From: Octopus bimaculoides
Lineage: Eukaryota
Assembly (NCBI RefSeq): GCF_001194135.2
Contig: NC_068985.1
Location: forward strand, 120,950,505 to 121,012,814
DNA: 62,310 nt
Reading direction: 5' to 3'
In this document: positions 52,678 through 62,310 of the stretch, in pieces
Position numbering within the stretch: the first letter of the stretch is position 1
Layout: each line of letters starts with the position of its first letter
Notes under the pieces: generated by a model
Told to the model about the DNA's origin: nothing
Seen by the model: only the letters and a program-made list of their open reading frames with translations
The model's database searches: none
Translations under genes and position numbers: made by a program

Positions 52678-54250
52678 NNNNNNNNNNNNNNNNNNNNNNN
52701 NNNNNNNNNNNNNNNNNNNNNNNNNNNNNNNNNNNNNNNNNNNNNNNNNNNNNNNNNNNNNNNNNNNNNNNNNNNNNNNNNNNNNNNNNNNNNNNNNNNN
52801 NNNNNNNNNNNNNNNNNNNNNNNNNNNNNNNNNNNNNNNNNNNNNNNNNNNNNNNNNNNNNNNNNNNNNNNNNNNNNNNNNNNNNNNNNNNNNNNNNNNN
52901 NNNNNNNNNNNNNNNNNNNNNNNNNNNNNNNNNNNNNNNNNNNNNNNNNNNNNNNNNNNNNNNNNNNNNNNNNNNNNNNNNNNNNNNNNNNNNNNNNNNN
53001 NNNNNNNNNNNNNNNNNNNNNNNNNNNNNNNNNNNNNNNNNNNNNNNNNNNNNNNNNNNNNNNNNNNNNNNNNNNNNNNNNNNNNNNNNNNNNNNNNNNN
53101 NNNNNNNNNNNNNNNNNNNNNNNNNNNNNNNNNNNNNNNNNNNNNNNNNNNNNNNNNNNNNNNNNNNNNNNNNNNNNNNNNNNNNNNNNNNNNNNNNNNN
53201 NNNNNNNNNNNNNNNNNNNNNNNNNNNNNNNNNNNNNNNNNNNNNNNNNNNNNNNNNNNNNNNNNNNNNNNNNNNNNNNNNNNNNNNNNNNNNNNNNNNN
53301 NNNNNNNNNNNNNNNNNNNNNNNNNNNNNNNNNNNNNNNNNNNNNNNNNNNNNNNNNNNNNNNNNNNNNNNNNNNNNNNNNNNNNNNNNNNNNNNNNNNN
53401 NNNNNNNNNNNNNNNNNNNNNNNNNNNNNNNNNNNNNNNNNNNNNNNNNNNNNNNNNNNNNNNNNNNNNNNNNNNNNNNNNNNNNNNNNNNNNNNNNNNN
53501 NNNNNNNNNNNNNNNNNNNNNNNNNNNNNNNNNNNNNNNNTACATATGCATATACGTATATAAATACATGTCCTTTCGCATATATATATATATATGTATG
53601 TGTGTGTGTATGTGTGTATTCACATGTATACGTATAGATCTACATATATGTCATGCATGTTTATATGCATGTTAGTGCAAGCTTTAATTCTTTAATTTGC
53701 ATTAGCATCACGGGTAAAACCAAACTGGAGCAATACATGAGAGAGAGAGGGGGGAGAGAGGAGAGAGAGGAAAAAGAAAGGAGCGAGAGGCGAGAAGCGA
53801 GATCGTGAGATTCTAAAGATACTTAAAAAGACTCATTCACATAAAACACTAAGAACTATAAATTAAGCAAATGAGGAAACAAATCTGTTTTTCATCTCAT
53901 CTGTTCCCATCAATTTAGGAAACAAATCACATTGTAGATTGAGTTGTCTCATTACAATTCTTCTTTCTTTCTTTCTTTCTTTCTTAATCAAAACAAAGAC
54001 ATTCTCAGAGATGTTCTCAGTTTCACGACACATCTAAAGGCAGCTATGTGCCTTTCCTCTCCATGAGCACCATTACCTCTTAATTACCTTCGATTGTATG
54101 TTTTTATTAATTGACATCAGCAATTGTCTTGAGGCATGAAAATACATTAAAATGTATAGATGTTCATATAAGTATGAGTACGTTTGTGTATGTGCGTGAT
54201 TAAATTGTAAATATATATATATATATATATATTATAACACGCGTGAGTGT

Positions 54251-54299
<49 letters not shown>

Positions 54300-54976
54300 G
54301 TGTGCAGTGTGTGTGTGTGTGTNNNNNNNNNNNNNNNNNNNNNNNNNNNNNNNNNNNNNNNNNNNNNNNNNNNNNNNNNNNNNNNNNNNNNNNNNNNNNN
54401 NNNNNNNNNNNNNNNNNNNNNNNNNNNNNNNNNNNNNNNNNNNNNNNNNNNNNNNNNNNNNNNNNNNNNNNNNNNNNNNNNNNNNNNNNNNNNNNNNNNN
54501 NNNNNNNNNNNNNNNNNNNNNNNNNNNNNNNNNNNNNNNNNNNNNNNNNNNNNNNNNNNNNNNNNNNNNNNNNNNNNNNNNNNNNNNNNNNNNNNNNNNN
54601 NNNNNNNNNNNNNNNNNNNNNNNNNNNNNNNNNNNNNNNNNNNNNNNNNNNNNNNNNNNNNNNNNNNNNNNNNNNNNNNNNNNNNNNNNNNNNNNNNNNN
54701 NNNNNNNNNNNNNNNNNNNNNNNNNNNNNNNNNNNNNNNNNNNNNNNNNNNNNNNNNNNNNNNNNNNNNNNNNNNNNNNNNNNNNNNNNNNNNNNNNNNN
54801 NNNNNNNNNNNNNNNNNNNNNNNNNNNNNNNNNNNNNNNNNNNNNNNNNNATATATATATATATATATATACATACAGAACAGCCCAGAAGGCAATTTAT
54901 CGACAACTATGTAAACCTACAGGCCTTCCACGTGTGACTTGCTTGATATATATATAAGGAGTAAAATGCACTCAGG

Positions 54977-55419
54977 TTACATAGTTTTACTATATTTTGT
55001 AATATATCTTATAAGTGTAAAAATTTTGTTCGTCAACCGGTTTCACTTTCGTTAATCATGGCATTGAAATTATTGTAACTTCGTACCTTCTTAAGAAGAT
55101 TTTAGTCCACGTTGTGTGTGGAGAACTTTGTGAATGAATGATGCAATAAGTAAAAAAAAACTTAAGGGGAGGTAATTGATGATCGTTATTATTGGGGACA
55201 ATTACCTCACCTGTCCCCAATAATAACAATCACCAATTACCTCTCCTTAGATTTTTCTACTTGTTGAATCTTTCATTCACAAACTTCTCAACACAACTTA
55301 AGAAGATACGAAATTACAATAATTTTAATGTCATGATTAATGAAAGCGAAAACGAAACCGGTTGACAAGCAAAACTTTCACTTATAAAATATATTTTAAA
55401 ATATGCTAAAACTATATAA
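54977..55419. mobile_element. ~440-bp foldback palindrome (MITE-like)
   Basis: Arms 54977-55200 and 55212-55419 are reverse complements (e.g. GTCAACCGGTTTC / GAAACCGGTTGAC; TTATTATTGGGGACA / TGTCCCCAATAATAA), with an 11-nt spacer and several indels. Confidence 0.9.
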
Positions 55420-55916
55420 ACTGTAATATATATATGTATATATTTATATATTTGATCCTTTATGTTGAACACTCAATATTTCATCTACATTCAATACTTT
55501 ATTTCATGGTGCCATCCATTTTTATTTTAATTTATTTTATTTTATTTTATATTATATATTGTATATTATATTTATATATCGTATATTCCATATTCTATAT
55601 CCCACATTGGTTCTGCAGGAATATAAATAAAACATAAAAAACAGACAGTGTTGGAACTCTTTTAAACAAAATAATATATTCCTCTATACACAATCATACA
55701 AAAAATAACCTTTTTTGTATTTATTTTNNNNNNNNNNNNNNNNNNNNNNNNNNNNNNNNNNNNNNNNNNNNNNNNNNNNNNNNNNNNNNNNNNNNNNNNN
55801 NNNNNNNNNNNNNNNNNNNNNNNNNNNNNNNNNNNNNNNNNNNNNNNNNNNNNNNNNNNNNNNNNNNNNNNNNNNNNNNNNNNNNNNNNNNNNNNNNNNN
55901 NNNNNNNNNNNNNNNN

Positions 55917-55986
<70 letters not shown>

Positions 55987-56364
55987 TGTGTATCTATCTA
56001 TCTATATTTGTGTATTTCTGTGCAAACGTATTGTTTACATTAAATAACACTTACGTCTATATTTATCGTAATCGTTTTGAAATGATATAATCGATTGCAA
56101 TTGAGAGCGTCTTGAATATATACGTGTATATCGCATTGTCTCGAAGTTCCCGTTCATCGGTGAATCTCATATGCTATGGACACAGATCGCTTTAAAGGTC
56201 ATGATTCCCGACGGCGGAGAGGAACAGCGATCAGAGAGATATTCACGTTCGAATCTGCTGAATGTATTAAAAAAGAATGCGTGCGCTATTTTACACATAC
56301 ATACACACAAACAGACATACACGTATATTTATGTGTTTATGTACGTATGTATGTATGTATGTAT

Positions 56365-56560
56365 GTGTGTATGTATGGGAGAATTTACGAAAAAAACAAC
56401 AACAGCCGAGGACAGGTGGTGTAAACAACAAAAGGATGTATTAGTTTAACGCTCGGGAATACAGAAAGTCTTTAACGTTTCGAGCTACGCTCTTCAACAG
56501 AAAGAATACGGAGAAAACAAGGAGAAAAACACGGAGAAAAAAAATTGAATGTTTTGGTCA
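56365..56560 (-). mobile_element. Short Penelope-like terminal repeat with a minimal hammerhead motif (56469-56505)
   Basis: Minus UCUUU-CUGUUGA-A-GAGC-GUA-GCUC-GAAA-CGU-U-AAAGA. Homologous to 61255-61430. Confidence 0.6.
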
Positions 56561-57178
56561 GCGATCAATCATGGCGACTGTATGTATGTACGCATGTATG
56601 TTTGTATATGTGTTTGAATATAAACGCTAAGTTAGACTATTATTTTAAACCTAGTACTAAAATACAAAATACCACTGGAGAATTTACGGATGGAGAGACT
56701 CATTAATGAGGCTGGGTCCAAACATGTGTGTGTGTGTGTGTGTGCATATGTTTCTCTTTATGCATATGTGTGTGTGTGTGTGTGTGCTTACGTTTATACA
56801 CACACATGTATGTAGGAACAGAGAGAGGGGGAGGATGGAGAAAAACAAAATAGATAGTGGGAGAGAGTGAGCGCAGGAGAAATTAGTTTATTGTATTCAG
56901 AATTGTGGACTGTTCTCTTCCTCCACATCTCGTCTATATGCACACTGGCCAAGTAGTACACATAAGGGATAGATAGATACAGACACATACACTGTTAGGT
57001 AATACATACAAACACACATATTCACATATATACACGTATGTGCATATACTCGTACGCATGCGCATATATATATATGTATATATATAAATGTATATATATA
57101 TGTGTATATATGTGTGCATATATATATACGTATATATATACACACACATATATATAGATATATGTATTCATCTATCTA

Positions 57179-57217
<39 letters not shown>

Positions 57218-57923
57218 CAACATATACACTCACACAATTATCGCTTATTGTTTTTGGGGGGCGGGGGTTGTATTTTTCTCTGTTTACGTTGAAAAAGTTT
57301 TCTACTGAGACACGAAGATGTCTTTGAATTTTGTTGTAATCTGGAGACTAAAATATTTCAATAGACATTAACAAAATTTGAAGCCCACTAAATTCAAAAT
57401 TAATTTCGCTAAAATTCCAATAATTTAATTTTCGAGGAAATAAAGAAAAAATCTAACCAACGNNNNNNNNNNNNNNNNNNNNNNNNNNNNNNNNNNNNNN
57501 NNNNNNNNNNNNNNNNNNNNNNNNNNNNNNNNNNNNNNNNNNNNNNNNNNNNNNNNNNNNNNNNNNNNNNNNNNNNNNNNNNNNNNNNNNNNNNNNNNNN
57601 NNNNNNNNNNNNNNNNNNNNNNNNNNNNNNNNNNNNNNNNNNNNNNNNNNNNNNNNNNNNNNNNNNNNNNNNNNNNNNNNNNNNNNNNNNNNNNNNNNNN
57701 NNNNNNNNNNNNNNNNNNNNNNNNNNNNNNNNNNNNNNNNNNNNNNNNNNNNNNNNNNNNNNNNNNNNNNNNNNNNNNNNNNNNNNNNNNNNNNNNNNNN
57801 NNNNNNNNNNNNNNNNNNNNNNNNNNNNNNNNNNNNNNNNNNNNNNNNNNNNNNNNNNNNNNNNNNNNNNNNNNNNNNNNNNNNNNNNNNNNNNNNNNNN
57901 NNNNNNNNNNNNNNNNNNNNNNN

Positions 57924-57965
<42 letters not shown>

Positions 57966-58420
57966 ATTGTCGTAGTAAGCAGCAGCCTGTACGTTTCAAC
58001 TTTATCAGATCGACATGAAGTCTGTAGTAAATATTGACGAGTAATTTTGCAAGCTATAGATTTTGACTAGATATATTTGAGTCTGTTGATTTTGGGCTTG
58101 ATAGCACAAGCTGAATGGGTGTTGATTTCGGAGATAAGATCTGTTGATTGGGTGTAGGTAGTTTGTAATAAATCATATTAACTAAATAGAGAAAGAATAT
58201 AACATGCAGACTTTGTATTATATAGCACACTGATTTTAAGAGATTGACTGGTTGCGCCATAGTTCGGAGATGTTAAAAAGATAGAGCAACAATATGGTAT
58301 TGCTAGCTTTAATAGACTGCAGTTTGTAGATAGTTGATTTGCGATCACGAATGAATGGTCTTGCGTAACCAGCCTGGAGAATGTAGGCTCCCATGGAGAT
58401 ATTATTTTTTCACACAACAC

Positions 58421-58561
58421 AGAAGAAGAAAGAGAAGAAGAAGAAGAAGAAGAAGAAGAAGAAGAAGAAGAAGAAGAAGAAGAAGAAGAAGAAGAAGAAG
58501 AAGAAGAAGAAGAAGAAGAAGAAGAAGAAGAAGAAGAAGAAGAAGAAGAAGAAGAAGAAGA
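58421..58561. repeat. Nearly pure (GAA)n tract, ~45 units
   Basis: Direct reading. Confidence 0.98.
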
Positions 58562-60773
58562 GGCGTGTGAAACTGATGGATCACAATCTTCTGTAAAAAC
58601 CTTCCTCACATAACTCGTGGCAACTCGTATACCTTTTTCAAAAGATTATCTCCAAAGATTTGCAAAGAATATTTCATGGCTAACTAAATATAAATATATT
58701 ATTTAACAGGGGGAGGGGCAGGGAATGTGAAACTCGCCAAATCCGTCAACTCATTCGTGGTCCACCTGGACTACGCTGTGTCTTGTTTACCTAACCCTTT
58801 CGTTGTAGACGTTGGATAGAATCAATACACATTGAAAGATATCTAGCATCTACTGCGGGGTAGGCGTTAATTATAAATATTGTGAATTTAAATATGATTA
58901 AATTTTTGTAGGCTATGGTCTAACTATTTAATTATGTGTGTTTCTTTTCGTGTTTATAATGTGTTCTTAAGAGACACGACGGTATTTTCGACTTTATTTC
59001 TAATTAGGAAACAAAAGTACTTCAATTGCAACAAAATTTAAAACTCTCCTAAATTTGAAATAAATTTTGCCAAAATTCCGGTATTTCAGTTTAGAAGGAA
59101 ATAAAGAAATAAATAAAGAAGAAATAAAGAAGAAAATCTCTAGGCCAAACAGAATATTACAATGAAGAAATAAAGAACAATATAAAGCATTTCATATTTT
59201 GTCGAAAATATTTCGCTTCTCTATCTTTTGTAAGAAATAAAGATGGACATGCTATTCCCGAAATTTCACCCATTGCGTTCTCATACTTAAGAAGATAGGG
59301 ATTCATGGAAAAGACACTGGAACAATATTATAAGAGTGGCATAATAATGTAGAAGCAGCTTGGTTATATCGAAGTGCGAAGTGTTTCTTTCGAGTTGGCT
59401 ATTTCCGAAACTCGACATGTTTCAGGGAATATAAAATCGAAATGGAAGCTACTTATAATTCTTCGCTGTAGTGAAATTTCATGAAAACATCTTTTAGTTT
59501 TGAGTCTTGCAGAATACAGATAAGCTCATTAATTTACGCATCACCTGAATACAAAGCGAATCGAATGAAAGCTAAAGAGATGGGTTGATAGAGAAGAGAG
59601 GAGTGTGAGACAGCTGTGTCTTTGAATGAGCGAACGTCAAACAGAGATTGCACGCATGCGTTTGTGTGTGTATTGCATGTATGTGACTTTGTGAGGAGGC
59701 GCGTATGTGTGTATGAGTGTGTCTGTGTCTGTGTGTGTGTGTAATCAAGCTACAGAATAGGAGAACTGATTGTAGGTGAAACACTCCTAGATAACATAGA
59801 ATTGTTATGGCATTTATTACATGAAATGTTACTTTAACAGATACCCACCCATATTGTTAAGTGACTAAATGGTAAAAGCAAGCTATTCGAACATTTGTGG
59901 AAGACTAACAGTATGTGCGCGCGCGCGAATGTGTGTCTGCGTGTGTGCTTATATAGAGGGGAAGGATGATTTGATGCGTGTGAGTGCGCGAACGTGGTTT
60001 TAGACAAAGAGGAACATCGCAAGGCATATCTACTTCGTTCAATCGAGGCATAAAAACGGACATACACAAACACACACACATATGCATTCATATACACACA
60101 TACGCATTCATATACACACACATGCATATATATATATAAGTATATATATTTACATATATATATATATATATANNNNNNNNNNNNNNNNNNNNNNNNNNNN
60201 NNNNNNNNNNNNNNNNNNNNNNNNNNNNNNNNNNNNNNNNNNNNNNNNNNNNNNNNNNNNNNNNNNNNNNNNNNNNNNNNNNNNNNNNNNNNNNNNNNNN
60301 NNNNNNNNNNNNNNNNNNNNNNNNNNNNNNNNNNNNNNNNNNNNNNNNNNNNNNNNNNNNNNNNNNNNNNNNNNNNNNNNNNNNNNNNNNNNNNNNNNNN
60401 NNNNNNNNNNNNNNNNNNNNNNNNNNNNNNNNNNNNNNNNNNNNNNNNNNNNNNNNNNNNNNNNNNNNNNNNNNNNNNNNNNNNNNNNNNNNNNNNNNNN
60501 NNNNNNNNNNNNNNNNNNNNNNNNNNNNNNNNNNNNNNNNNNNNNNNNNNNNNNNNNNNNNNNNNNNNNNNNNNNNNNNNNNNNNNNNNNNNNNNNNNNN
60601 NNNNNNNNNNNNNNNNNNNNNNNNNNNNNNNTTCCCTCTTTACACATGCTAACAAAAATTCTAATCATGACACATTTATCCCATTCTACTCATCTTTATG
60701 CCCAGATTCCAAAATCTAAATCTTATGAAACCTATTCAAAGGTTTTTGCTCAATACACATACATACATATATG

Positions 60774-60825
<52 letters not shown>

Positions 60826-61254
60826 AATTTGATACGTGAGGCAGTGTTTTCACATAATAATTTGAAGTTCCTTCTGTTCTCAAAGCAAGAATCTATTTTC
60901 AGAGCAACTCGCGGTGTCAAAGGCCTTCTTTACAGGTCGAATATACCCCAAACATACTCCATCTCATCTAAAAGCCTAGCTACATACACATGCGTGCGTA
61001 CACACGAGTACACATATATATACATATATATATATGTAGTCAAGATATATGTTTATATATCTTGATCACAACTTTCCGCCGATCCGAAACGTAAAAGTCT
61101 GAGTAAGACACTTTCCATGATGTTTTTTGCAGATTTAATAGAAAGGCGTATTACTCAACCTTCGGTATTCGACTACAATTTTTATCCACCTTGTTCTGCA
61201 TTTATGTACTTTCTCGTGTATACACACACACACACACACACATATATATATTAA

Positions 61255-61430
61255 ATTTACAGGAAAAACAAAAGACGGAGACAGGTGTATGTATGAACAA
61301 CAAGCAGGTGTATTAGTTTGACGCTCTGGACAGTGAGAAAGTCTGTTACGTTTCGAGCCTACGCCCTTCAGCAGAAAGGAATAAGAAAAAATAACTAGAG
61401 AGCGAATAAAAGAAAACTTGAAGCGAGACG
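61255..61430 (-). mobile_element. Second copy of the Penelope-like short repeat, with hammerhead motif at 61342-61379
   Basis: Minus CCUUU-CUGCUGA-A-GGGC-GUAG-GCUC-GAAA-CGU-A-ACAGA. Shares GTATTAGTTT.ACGCTC with the 56365 copy. Confidence 0.6.
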
Positions 61431-61669
61431 AACTGTTAGCGTTCTACATCAGATTCGCGTTTGGCCGTACGGCGTTTTAATGTTGTTTTCACTGTCCATT
61501 TTTTCCTGTCTTGGTTTGTGTTTGCCACCTTGGAATCCTCTGTTTAGTGGGTCGATCCACTACTCAGGAAGAGACTATTCTAGAGTACGTTCTGCCTTAT
61601 CTTCGAAACGTCTAGTTAGAATAGAGGCAGCTGACGAAGGATTAATTCCAAGTGGCTATTTGTTTTCCT

Positions 61670-61845
61670 ATGTGTTCGTTCCGTGGTCTGTAGTTCATTC
61701 GCTCCGAGATTTAAAACCGTCGAGATCGACTCTTTCATCCTTTCTAAGCCATAAAATATGAACTGGTCAAGCACTGGATTGATGACGTAATCGACTAACC
61801 TCTCCTCAAACTTGTTGACTTTATGCCAAAAACTATCGATTATTA
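61670..61845 (+). mobile_element. Old diverged SINE A copy (similar relics at 32450-32530, 35570-35760 and 51790-51900)
   Basis: GTCGAGATCGACTCTTTCATCCTTTC..AGCACTGGATTGATG..TAATCGACTAA, then an (ATT) tail. Confidence 0.6.
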
Positions 61846-62310
61846 TTGTTGTTGTTGTTGTTGTTAAATAGTTAGTAATTGCTCGCTATTCTAATTACAT
61901 GTTATGTAGTCTTTGAAATGAAATGAATGTCATTAAATGAATGTAAATGAAATAGAAAATGGTTGACTAAATGAACGAATTAACATTCTACATGTAATTA
62001 GTGGCGGAGAGCATGGAAAAAGAGTGCTATAATAAAAAGCAATGATATGTAAATCATAAACAAAAGTGTATATATATAAATAAAATACGTTTTCTTCCGC
62101 ATGGATTAGTATACGAAGAGCAGAACCGATGGCCTACATAAAAACTGGCACAATGCATGGGTTAAAATCAATTCTGACGCGAGACTTAAACTGAAAAATT
62201 GCAACCAAGTGGACTCTCTTAGAAGTCCACCAAGGGTACGCCACTGCTAGCGATAAGTTGAATGCAATGAAGTCTAAACTTACGTGCATATATATATACA
62301 TATATATACA

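Noticed and set aside
56110-56270. YIALSR as a Helitron/Pif1 helicase motif VI
   Set aside because: A six-residue match only, followed by a stop. No other helicase motifs and no hairpin-CTAG end.
58010-58420. Unique-looking segment with 68-aa and 143-aa minus ORFs
   Set aside because: The longer ORF depends on the (GAA)n tract. No domain or splice-site support.

Overview
AT-rich eukaryotic draft-assembly DNA with about 20 N-gaps, most of them flanked by microsatellites. The SINE families and microsatellite load suggest a coleoid cephalopod such as Octopus (inference). I find no intact, recognisable host protein-coding gene, rRNA, tRNA gene or CRISPR array, so the window reads as a giant intron or intergenic region. 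It contains at least five SINE families and several LINE remnants: an internally deleted CR1/L2-superclade LINE, an RTE 3' end, an R4/Dong 3' end and a Hero-like RLE element. DNA-transposon remnants include a DD41D Tc1/mariner, a mariner MITE, a Merlin/IS1595-like transposase, a hAT end and a ~440 bp foldback. The most notable observations are: (1) four hammerhead-ribozyme-like folds in unrelated repeats, three sharing an extra A before stem II and one in a LINE 3'UTR with an inserted hairpin; (2) a LINE with a Myb/SANT-like N-terminus, a CCCH-like finger and an APE-to-RT internal deletion; (3) retroelements nesting in the microsatellite tails of other retroelements; (4) a few minus-strand candidate exons, including a possible recursive splice site.
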